DNA of 64,000 nucleotides from Chlamydiia bacterium (GTDB lineage Bacteria; Chlamydiota; Chlamydiia; Chlamydiales; Rhabdochlamydiaceae): NCBI GenBank assembly GCA_963804085.1, contig CAWDOQ010000002.1, positions 192,001 to 256,000 of the forward strand, read 5' to 3'. Shown piece by piece: positions 56,137 to 64,000 of this stretch (position 1 is its first letter; each line of letters starts with the position of its first letter). The notes under the pieces were generated by a model. It saw only the letters and a program-made list of their open reading frames with translations, ran no database searches and was not told where the DNA came from. The position numbers and the translations under genes were made by a program.

Positions 56137-58179
56137 CTACGCCTGCTGCAGGCGTGCTTGGAGCGCGGGTATGGTTTGCTCTAAATTGGCTCTCATGGAT
56201 TGCAGAAGCGGGATATCTTTTCCATCTGGGCCTTTCATTTTTAGGCAGGTTTGAAAATAGGCGATCGCCTTGGTTAGATTTTCTTCTGCTACTAACGGAT
56301 CTAGGAGATAAGCTTCTCCCAAACTTCTCAAGATGCGTAGACGCAGATCGAAATCCTCGTGCGCCTGTTTATGCTGGGGCAGCTCGCTTTCGGTGATCTT
56401 TCTTGCTCTTTCTAGATGCGAAATAATGGCATCCAATTTGCCTTCCAAGTCGCGCTTGATAAATACGGATGCGAGGATGTAGCGCATCTCGGCTTCTAAG
56501 AAGGAGTCATTATGCTCTCCATTGACTCCTCTTACCAAAAACTCGATCGCTTGATCTAAATCATCTCCTTGCTCCCGCTTTACAAATAGCTTTGCAAGGT
56601 TAAGGCAGATCCGCGCATCCATCCGTGGGTTCTTTGCGAGCACTAGACACTGCTTGAAGCTCCTTTCTGCTCCACTTAAATCCTGTGCACGGCACTGCAT
56701 ATCTGCCAATTTCTCGTATAACCGTAAGCGTATTGCAGGATGATCCTGGCCGAGCTTTTCTGCTGAATCATAGCATTTAATGGCTCTTTCCACATCGCCT
56801 GCATTCTGCATCCGGAGCATGTAGAGGTTGCCCAAATCACAGAAAAGTTTGACCCTCACCTCATCATCATCGAATGCAAGTTCCAATGCTTCTTTAAAGC
56901 ATTTTTCAGCTTCAAGTGGGGTTTCATGCTGGCCAAGATTATAGAGCAGCTGCGCTCTAAGAAGAGCATTATCATGTTTAACCTGAACACCTATTCGAAA
57001 GGCAATAGCTGCATTTTCTCTATCATCTGCGCCTTCTAATGCATAGCCTACCAGACTAAAAAGTCGAGCTTTACGTACGCTATCCGGAGCTGTCTGGAGG
57101 AGCAAGAGGGCTGCCTGGAAGTTCTGAGCTGCTCTTTCATAATCTTCGATAGCTAAGAGAGCCTCTCCGAGGACATTGTAAATCACTGCGCGAATATCCA
57201 TGTTCGCTTCTGTTCGATAATAGGCCATCACTTCTTTGGGGTTGAGCTCAGCTGCCCGCGCTGCAAGATTTAATAATGCTTCCCAAATTTTTTGACTATC
57301 ATGCTCAAATTCTACGGCCTGCTCGCAAGAGCGAATAGCAACAGCAAGATCTCCCTCTCCTTGTCGCTTGAGAAGCATATCGCCTAACTGCCAAAACATT
57401 TGCGCCTTTAGCCGATTACGTTCTTGCGGGAGTGTGTTTTCCATAGGAAGTGTGAGTGCGCCGTACACAAGCCCGATCCCTTCAGAAAGAGGGATCAGAT
57501 CGGAATTGGAGCAGTAGTTGTGGACTAAACCAATTTTCAGCAGCGTGTCATTGTGCTTAACCAGAAGGCCAGCACGGTAATTTTTCACAGCTTCTTGAAC
57601 ATTATCCATGCGTTCACAGGCTAATCCCATTCCATTACACATGCGTGCCAGAAGACGTCCCGGCGTTTTTTCGAGCAGTTGGGCTCCTTTAGAAAAGGTT
57701 TCAAACGCTTTGGGATAATCTTTGAAGCTCAAGTAAGCATCGCCCAGATTATCCAAAATCTCTCCTGCAAGTTCGATATCCTCTTGCTCCAGCTTTGCGC
57801 TTAGGCCTTTTTTTAGCACTGCGATCTCTTCTTCTAAATCACCCTCTCCATCTCGTTCTTGCAGTGCCACTGCCCAATTGAAGCATACCTTTGCTTGAGA
57901 AACAGGGTCACCCATTGGAATAGATGCATATATTTTGATCGCTTCATCAAAATTGTTCTCCTCCATGCAATCTTCAGCACGCTCCGTAAGCGCACTAACT
58001 CTATCTAAAAGAGAGGGGGCATTTTGACTATTATTACTATTGCTGGAGGGAATCGCGGTCTCGGCTACTGATGCGACTTTTTCGCTCTCCTCTTTCCGCT
58101 GTCTTTTAGCAGGGAGCTCTGGCGTATCATCAAGGCAAGAAACATCGCCTTTTCTTTTAAAAGAGACCAATGCGGCCAT
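56137..58179 (-). CDS. TPR-repeat protein with N-terminal bipartite NLS-like motif (680 aa)
   Basis: Probable start MAALVSFKRKGDVSCLDDTPELPAKRQRKEE; many NLG..Y TPR-like units. Confidence 0.75.
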   Translation of the reverse strand: MAALVSFKRKGDVSCLDDTPELPAKRQRKEESEKVASVAETAIPSSNSNNSQNAPSLLDRVSALTERAEDCMEENNFDEAIKIYASIPMGDPVSQAKVCFNWAVALQERDGEGDLEEEIAVLKKGLSAKLEQEDIELAGEILDNLGDAYLSFKDYPKAFETFSKGAQLLEKTPGRLLARMCNGMGLACERMDNVQEAVKNYRAGLLVKHNDTLLKIGLVHNYCSNSDLIPLSEGIGLVYGALTLPMENTLPQERNRLKAQMFWQLGDMLLKRQGEGDLAVAIRSCEQAVEFEHDSQKIWEALLNLAARAAELNPKEVMAYYRTEANMDIRAVIYNVLGEALLAIEDYERAAQNFQAALLLLQTAPDSVRKARLFSLVGYALEGADDRENAAIAFRIGVQVKHDNALLRAQLLYNLGQHETPLEAEKCFKEALELAFDDDEVRVKLFCDLGNLYMLRMQNAGDVERAIKCYDSAEKLGQDHPAIRLRLYEKLADMQCRAQDLSGAERSFKQCLVLAKNPRMDARICLNLAKLFVKREQGDDLDQAIEFLVRGVNGEHNDSFLEAEMRYILASVFIKRDLEGKLDAIISHLERARKITESELPQHKQAHEDFDLRLRILRSLGEAYLLDPLVAEENLTKAIAYFQTCLKMKGPDGKDIPLLQSMRANLEQTIPALQARLQQA

Positions 58180-58180
58180 A

Positions 58181-58624
58181 TCAATTGTCCACGTCGTAGG
58201 AGACGGTAAGGATGATGTAGGTTGTGTATGCAGCAAGCGGGATAAGGGAGAGCAGCGCCACTCCAAACGTGGCAAGCGATGCGAAAGCGACGCCGCTTAT
58301 GAACTCATAGAGCGCTGTATGTGCAAGCGGGATCGCCATTGAACCGGCAAAGGCGGGCAGTGCAAATTTGTAGGCGCAGTGGGTTTCGACAGTGAGGCGA
58401 TAAAAGAGCGAGCCAGCAAAGCAGATAAGGTCGTTTACAAGAAGGGAAAAGGGAAGAAATAGGCGCAGCGCGAGCATGGCGATAGCGCGAAAGATATGGT
58501 TTACAAGGAGGGCAACTTTTTTGATCTCGGGATGCTCGTTTAAAAATGTCTCAATCTGATCTGTCGCCGTTTTCAGGACGTTGTAGTTAGTTATGAAGTT
58601 GTGAAGGGATTCTGCGCAGGTCAT
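58181..58624 (-). CDS. Hypothetical membrane protein
   Basis: 147 aa, hydrophobic; starts 2 bp after the rnz stop. Confidence 0.65.
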   Translation of the reverse strand: MTCAESLHNFITNYNVLKTATDQIETFLNEHPEIKKVALLVNHIFRAIAMLALRLFLPFSLLVNDLICFAGSLFYRLTVETHCAYKFALPAFAGSMAIPLAHTALYEFISGVAFASLATFGVALLSLIPLAAYTTYIILTVSYDVDN

Positions 58625-58626
58625 GG

Positions 58627-59535
58627 CTACCTCTTAGGAAAGGGAAAGTTTTTGAGGTCTTCTGCAACGAGGGTATTGGGAAAGATAACTTTAGCTTCTT
58701 TCGCAAACTCCTCTAGATCTTGGTAGCGAGCAGAGAAGTGGGTTAGGATGAGCTGCTCGGCCCCTGCGGCTTTAGCAATTTGGGCTGCTTGGCGCGCAGT
58801 CAGATGGTGATGGTTCTCGGCAAGATCCCGATGTTCTTCAAGATAAGTGCTCTCGCATAAAAGAAGCTTGGCTCCCTTGGCGACGTCGATCGCTGCTTGG
58901 CAATAAACTGTATCTATAACGATCGCAAAGGTGTCTCCTTTTCTCACTTCACTCACATCGTCTAAAGTCACCAGACGTCCATCTACCTTCACTTGGCCGG
59001 CTTGCTGGAGCGTGCGCACAAGGGGTCCTCTTACGCCGGCTTGCTCCAGCTTTTTACTATCGAATTTGCGTGTGTCGCTCTCTGTCACTCTCCAGCCAAT
59101 GTTATCGACTCCATGTTCTAAAAATCTGGCTTCTATGCGGAACTTCTCATCTTCCTCCACCACCCCCTCTTTTGAGACGGGGTGCTCGATTACATTAATC
59201 GTCTCGTGGTACATGCTGCCGTAGCGCAGGCGGTCAAAATAGGTCTTTCCGCTCGCAGGATAGTAGCAGTGGATCGGATGGGTCACCTTGTCGAGATTAA
59301 GCCGCATCAGCATCGAACCGAGTCCTAAGCAGTGGTCTCCATGAAAGTGGCTGATCAAGATGCGCGTGACACAAGTCGGCGCGATATTGGCAAAGATAAA
59401 TTGCCTCTGCGTTCCTTCGCCCGGATCGAAAAGAAATCCTTCATCATTCCAGCGCAAGAGATAAGCGCCATGGTTGCGGTTGCGGGTGGGCTGCTGACTC
59501 GAGCAGCCTAAAATGGTAAGGTCGCGTACGGTCAT
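58627..59535 (-). CDS. rnz: Ribonuclease Z
   Basis: [28 protein letters not shown]. Confidence 0.95.
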   Translation of the reverse strand: MTVRDLTILGCSSQQPTRNRNHGAYLLRWNDEGFLFDPGEGTQRQFIFANIAPTCVTRILISHFHGDHCLGLGSMLMRLNLDKVTHPIHCYYPASGKTYFDRLRYGSMYHETINVIEHPVSKEGVVEEDEKFRIEARFLEHGVDNIGWRVTESDTRKFDSKKLEQAGVRGPLVRTLQQAGQVKVDGRLVTLDDVSEVRKGDTFAIVIDTVYCQAAIDVAKGAKLLLCESTYLEEHRDLAENHHHLTARQAAQIAKAAGAEQLILTHFSARYQDLEEFAKEAKVIFPNTLVAEDLKNFPFPKR

Positions 59536-60698
59536 GCTTTTCCCCTAGAAAAATAGCGAAGTCTACCTAGCATCATGCCCACAATACCGCCAACGATGTG
59601 CGCGGTGTTGGCGATATTCGCCGTAAGGTCCATTGTGGAGAAGATCTGCAGTAAAAAGGAGAAAAATTCTAGCGCGAACATCGCCAGAACAAAGATCAAA
59701 ATGAATAGGATCGTGGGCTTTTGAAGAGGGTATCCTTCCCAGGGTGCCACTTTTTGTCTCATCCAGATAAATCCTGCCATTCCAACTACGATCCCCGAAA
59801 ATCCTAAGAAAAAGGGGCCGCTCATGAGATACTGGAGCACGTTGGAGATGATTCCTATCACGAGAAAAAGAAGGATTATCTTCTTTTTGCTGATTCTCTC
59901 TTCGATCTGTCTGCCCAATATCCAGACCCACGCCATATTAAACAGGATATGCAAAAAGCCGCGGTGCATCAGGCACGGTGTAAAGATGCGCCACACCTCG
60001 CCGGTACGTATCTTTTCAAATAGTGGAGCCTGCTCGAAGCTGGATACACCCGTTTTTTTCCACTGAAGCAGAAGGTCATAGGCCCCTTTCCAAGTAGGAA
60101 TCGCTTGCGCCTCTTCGTACATTGCACGCTCCGAGGCGGGAAGAGTTTTTATATCATCTAATGATTTGATCGGATATTGACGGAGCAGCTCTCCCAAATA
60201 GCGGAAGGCGCATGGGTAATCGAAAATCATCTCCTGCTCAAGAGGTGTAAAGCCCACTTCTAATGCTACAGGCCCGCTCTCTTTCAATACTTTTGCTTGC
60301 TGCAGAGAGTCTAAAAAGAAGAGAAAGACACAGAGTCCGATCACAAAGGTGGTGAGAGTCAATCCCACGCGTGTTCTCGGCTTTAGCGCGATCTTAATTT
60401 TAAAGGGGGCTTTTCTGCTCTCCTTTTCATGGCTTGCGCCATATTCCAAGCGCGCAGGCGAGATAAAAGTGAGCTCTTCTACTTTATAATGGGGGTTGTG
60501 CGGATCTTTTTGAAACTCTTCAAAAGATTCGGACGCGCGGGTAAAATCATCCTCATTTTCGATCCAGACATGGACCGCCTTTTCTTTCGTCTCTTTATCG
60601 ACAAAAGGCTCAAACTTACAGGGGATCCCCTGTTGCAAGAGAAATGTGCAGAAGGTGTACGCCTCTTTTTCTTCTTTGATTGTGCCGATTAGACGCAT
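59532..60698 (-). CDS. glpG: Rhomboid intramembrane serine protease (GlpG-like)
   Basis: [27 protein letters not shown]. Confidence 0.9.
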   Translation of the reverse strand: MRLIGTIKEEKEAYTFCTFLLQQGIPCKFEPFVDKETKEKAVHVWIENEDDFTRASESFEEFQKDPHNPHYKVEELTFISPARLEYGASHEKESRKAPFKIKIALKPRTRVGLTLTTFVIGLCVFLFFLDSLQQAKVLKESGPVALEVGFTPLEQEMIFDYPCAFRYLGELLRQYPIKSLDDIKTLPASERAMYEEAQAIPTWKGAYDLLLQWKKTGVSSFEQAPLFEKIRTGEVWRIFTPCLMHRGFLHILFNMAWVWILGRQIEERISKKKIILLFLVIGIISNVLQYLMSGPFFLGFSGIVVGMAGFIWMRQKVAPWEGYPLQKPTILFILIFVLAMFALEFFSFLLQIFSTMDLTANIANTAHIVGGIVGMMLGRLRYFSRGKA

Positions 60699-61231
60699 GT
60701 GTTCGTAATCCTGTTCACAATTTGGGTGGTGGAAAGGCCCGGTACGAGCTCAACGATATGTAGACGCCCGCCGTGGGCTTTTACAGTCTCTGCTTCTATG
60801 CACTTTTCGCCATATTCCGCACCATTGACATGCACATTGGGCTTAAGTTTAGAAAGAAGTAGACGCGGATCAGTCTCTTCAAACCAGGTGACATAATCGA
60901 CCATATCGAGAGCTGCCAACATCTGCATACGCTGCTCGAGCAGAATAAAAGGCCTATCAGGACTTTTGTACTGCTTAATCGAGCTGTCGCTATTTAACGC
61001 GACAATTAAGAGATCTCCTTGCAAAGAGGCTTGATAGAGCATCTCCAAGTGGCCCGCATGCAGAAGATCAAAAGAACCGTTGAGCGTAACCAAAGTCTTG
61101 CCGCTCTTCTTTACCTCTTTTGAAAAGCTTTCAAGATCGTCAGGGTGGACCTCTTTCTGCTTGTAAAACTCCCTATAAGTTTTACTTTTTGGGGAAGGCG
61201 ACACGATAAACCTCATCATAATGTTCGACAA
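60689..61231 (-). CDS. Nucleotidyltransferase, RfaE domain II (HldC)-like; start uncertain
   Basis: NGSFDLLHAGH, LNSDSS...K..DRP, GLSTT. Confidence 0.85.
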   Translation of the reverse strand: MSNIMMRFIVSPSPKSKTYREFYKQKEVHPDDLESFSKEVKKSGKTLVTLNGSFDLLHAGHLEMLYQASLQGDLLIVALNSDSSIKQYKSPDRPFILLEQRMQMLAALDMVDYVTWFEETDPRLLLSKLKPNVHVNGAEYGEKCIEAETVKAHGGRLHIVELVPGLSTTQIVNRITNTCV

Positions 61232-63620
61232 AATGGACTTTCAATCCCTGCTTGAGATAACTCGGAAGCTCATCGTAATCCCGATGGTTGTCTTTAGGGA
61301 AGATGAGCGTCTTAACTTTAGATCTTCGCGCTGCGATGAGTTTTTCTTTGAGTCCTCCGATGCCAAGCACCTTACCCATTAGTGTGATCTCTCCTGTCAT
61401 GCCTAAGTCGTCACAAACAGGTTGGTTTTTGAGTAGCGAGAGTAGCGATGTGACCATGGTGATGCCGGCAGATGGTCCATCTTTAGGTGTCGCTCCCTCT
61501 GGAATGTGCACATGGACTTGCGACTTTTCGAAAAAGGTCATGCCCGGTGCATACTTCTTTAAGTTGCTGTTGAGATAAGTCCAGGCGATCTGTGAAGACT
61601 CCTTCATCACATCTCCTGCTTGTCCCGTGAGCTTCATCTCCGTTTTGTCAGCAGGGACTTTTGTCGCCTCTACGTAGAGCGTCGCTCCTCCCATCGAAGT
61701 CCAGGCAAGCCCCATGCAGACGCCTATGGGCGTACGAACATAGTAGCGATCAGAAGTGAAGATCGGCTTGCCGAGGTAAGTGGCGAGGGTGGACTCTGAA
61801 ACGGTGTGTCCCGTTCCCTCTTCCTTGACCACTTTTACGGCGACTTTACGCAGAATCTTTTTGATGTAATTTTCTAAATTGCGCACACCCGCTTCACGCG
61901 CATAGCCGTTGATGATCTGTTTGAGTGCGCCTTTTGTGAACTCCACATCTGTCTTTTTTAAACCCATCGCCTTGCGGTTGCGGGGGATCAGATATTTTTT
62001 GGCGATCTCGACCTTCTCTTCCAAAATGTAACCGGAGAGGCGCAAGATATCCATACGGTCTTTTAGCGGCTCAGGAATAGTGTCGAGGACGTTGGCAGTC
62101 ACGATAAAGAGCACGTTTGAAAGATCGCAGCGGACATCAAGATAATGGTCCAAGAAATCGCGGTTCTGCTCCGGATCGAGCACTTCCAATAGTGCGGATG
62201 CAGGATCTCCCTGATAGCTCGATCCCATCTTGTCTACCTCGTCGAGCATAATGATCGGGTTCATCGCCTGCGTAAATTTAAGCGCTTGGATCATCTTGCC
62301 CGGCATTGCGCCGATGTAGGTGCGTCTATGCCCTTTGATCTCCGCCTCGTCGCGCATTCCACCCACAGAGAAGCGGTAAAACTGTCTATTGAGCGCGCGT
62401 GCGATGCTCTTGCCGATGCTCGTCTTGCCCACCCCTGGAGGGCCGACCAGACAGATGATGCTCCCCTTCACGCCGCCTGTCAGTTTTCCCACGCTGATGA
62501 ATTCCAAGATCCGCTCTTTGATATCGTTTAAACCATAATGGTCCTCTTCTAAGACCTTCTTGCCCATTTTCAAATCGTGGCACTCTTTACTGTAGATCCC
62601 CCACGGAACGATGGTGAGCCAGTCCAGATAGTTGCGACAGACAGCGTATTCGGCCGATTGAACCTCTAACACGTTCAGCTTCTCCAGCTCTTCATTGATC
62701 GTCGTCATAACATCCGGTGGCACCGTACGCTTTTTTAAACGCCCCTTGAACTTTTCGATGTCGCACGTCTTGTCATCTTTTTCGAGCCCCAGCTCCTTTT
62801 TGATCGTCTTGAGCTGTTCGCGTAAAAAGAACTCACGCTGAGTTTTAGAGATCGTCGCTTCGATCTTCTGATTGATGCTATTTTGCAGCTTGCTTAAGTC
62901 TAGCTCTTTTTTAAGAAGCATGAGTGCCTTATCAATACGCCCTTGCAGCTCAAATGTCTCCAGAACATCTTGCAGCTCTTCGCGGGTAGCGGTAGTCAGC
63001 GCGACGGCAAAGTCGGCAAGTTTTCCCGGCTCGGTAAAATCGGAGTGGCCTAAGAAGATCTGCAGCTCCTCTTTGAATAGAGGATTGAGTTTCAGAAGCT
63101 CCTTGATCGTTGTGATGATGCTGATCGAATAGGCTTTCAATTCTTTAGAGAGCTTAGATGAGATATCATCGTGATAGGAGATCTCTGCACGCAGATTTTT
63201 GCCCGCTTTAATCGGTTTTTCAATGCGGATTCTCTTTTCCATGTTGAGAACTACCTGCGCTCCTCCCTGCTCCATCGGGATGATGCGCAAAATGCGCGCA
63301 AGCACTCCCACCTGGTAGAGATCCTCGAAGCCCAGTTTGTAGATGTTGACCTCCTCTTTTTTGGACAAAAAGAGACCCATAGATTTGTGAGGCGTCTTGG
63401 CGACGACCTTGAGCATCTCGTAGTAACTGCCCGGTTCGATCACGATCGGAGCAGCCATGCCCGGAAAAAAGGGACGGCGCGTCAAAGGAATGATAAAGAC
63501 CTGGTTGGGCAAGTCTCCCTGAGATTTATCCCTCTTGTCATCCTCTTTGATCGACTCTTGGATAGTCTCGGCAAGCGTCTCTTCTTCTGCGTTTGGCTCG
63601 GGAATCTCTTGGTAAGTCAA
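61182..63620 (-). CDS. lon: Lon protease
   Basis: [28 protein letters not shown]. Confidence 0.97.
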   Translation of the reverse strand: MTYQEIPEPNAEEETLAETIQESIKEDDKRDKSQGDLPNQVFIIPLTRRPFFPGMAAPIVIEPGSYYEMLKVVAKTPHKSMGLFLSKKEEVNIYKLGFEDLYQVGVLARILRIIPMEQGGAQVVLNMEKRIRIEKPIKAGKNLRAEISYHDDISSKLSKELKAYSISIITTIKELLKLNPLFKEELQIFLGHSDFTEPGKLADFAVALTTATREELQDVLETFELQGRIDKALMLLKKELDLSKLQNSINQKIEATISKTQREFFLREQLKTIKKELGLEKDDKTCDIEKFKGRLKKRTVPPDVMTTINEELEKLNVLEVQSAEYAVCRNYLDWLTIVPWGIYSKECHDLKMGKKVLEEDHYGLNDIKERILEFISVGKLTGGVKGSIICLVGPPGVGKTSIGKSIARALNRQFYRFSVGGMRDEAEIKGHRRTYIGAMPGKMIQALKFTQAMNPIIMLDEVDKMGSSYQGDPASALLEVLDPEQNRDFLDHYLDVRCDLSNVLFIVTANVLDTIPEPLKDRMDILRLSGYILEEKVEIAKKYLIPRNRKAMGLKKTDVEFTKGALKQIINGYAREAGVRNLENYIKKILRKVAVKVVKEEGTGHTVSESTLATYLGKPIFTSDRYYVRTPIGVCMGLAWTSMGGATLYVEATKVPADKTEMKLTGQAGDVMKESSQIAWTYLNSNLKKYAPGMTFFEKSQVHVHIPEGATPKDGPSAGITMVTSLLSLLKNQPVCDDLGMTGEITLMGKVLGIGGLKEKLIAARRSKVKTLIFPKDNHRDYDELPSYLKQGLKVHFVEHYDEVYRVAFPKK

Positions 63621-63701
63621 TTTTGACTCCTAAAAAAAGTATGGCGATCAAACAAATCTAACACCTGCCCAAAAATAGCGCAACTTAGTATGCTTTTCTC
63701 T

Positions 63702-64000
63702 ATGAAGACATTACTCATCGAAACCAGTCAAAGCACAGGGGCTATCGCCCTTGCTTCCGAGGGGAAAATCCTCTCTTCGCATACCTTCGGGCAAAGCCCG
63801 GGAGCTCTAAAGATTCTTTTACCTTCTATACAGACTCTACTTAGAGAACACAACTGGGAGCTAAAAGAGCTCTGCCGCATAGCCGTGGGTATTGGCCCCG
63901 GCTCCTACACAGGGATGCGTGTCGGCATCACGGTGGCGCAGACGCTCGCATTTGCCTTAAAGCTTCCTTTTACCTCCTTCTGCTCCCTCTTCGCCTTTAT
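63702..64000 (+). CDS. tsaB: tRNA threonylcarbamoyladenosine biosynthesis protein TsaB, 5' part
   Basis: MKTLLIETS...IAVGIGPGSYTGMRVG; runs off the window. Confidence 0.9.
   Translation, partial: MKTLLIETSQSTGAIALASEGKILSSHTFGQSPGALKILLPSIQTLLREHNWELKELCRIAVGIGPGSYTGMRVGITVAQTLAFALKLPFTSFCSLFAF

Noticed and set aside
58180-58275. Longer N-terminus of the TPR protein given by the ORF track
   Set aside because: Overlaps the upstream membrane protein gene; ATG 58179 right after its stop is more plausible.
8564-63626. Numerous 60-220 aa antisense or alternate-frame ORFs inside cdsN, cdsP, cdsC, the P-type ATPase, SNF2, lon and others
   Set aside because: Shadow ORFs of well-supported genes, with no recognisable motifs.
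1-64000. tRNA, rRNA or prophage genes
   Set aside because: None recognised by eye; a tRNAscan/Infernal run would be needed to exclude small RNAs.

Overview
Chromosomal segment of an environmental (non-Chlamydiaceae) member of Chlamydiota. The first 21 kb hold the chlamydial type III secretion locus: cdsE(partial)-cdsF-cdsG-[cargo slot]-CT668 homologue-cdsN-cdsO-cdsP-cdsP-like-cdsQ-pkn5-[insert]-cdsC. Core genes follow (yidD, der, SNF2 helicase, dapF, clpP, glyA, cdsZ, rnpB, xerC, ABC-F, folE, rnz, rhomboid, lon, tsaB partial). Interspersed are candidate host-targeted effectors, toxin-antitoxin modules, an intact IS3 element with a 5-bp target duplication and an ~8 kb cluster of small-molecule-modifying enzymes. 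The most unusual structure is the cdsG-CT668 interval: it occurs twice as synonymously diverged alleles with different cargo, and five footprints of the cdsG 3' end delimit cassette-like blocks. A strain-chimeric assembly is not excluded. Other highlights are two tandem needle-ruler (CdsP) paralogues of different length, a secretin with about eight N-domain repeats, an RRSP/PMT-C2-like protease, an NLS-bearing TPR protein, a beta-barrel plus FN3-tailed secreted protein pair, a family of 6-/9-nt-period palindromic elements and an IS200/IS605-type mini-element. All product calls come from motif recognition and recalled synteny; no database search was run.
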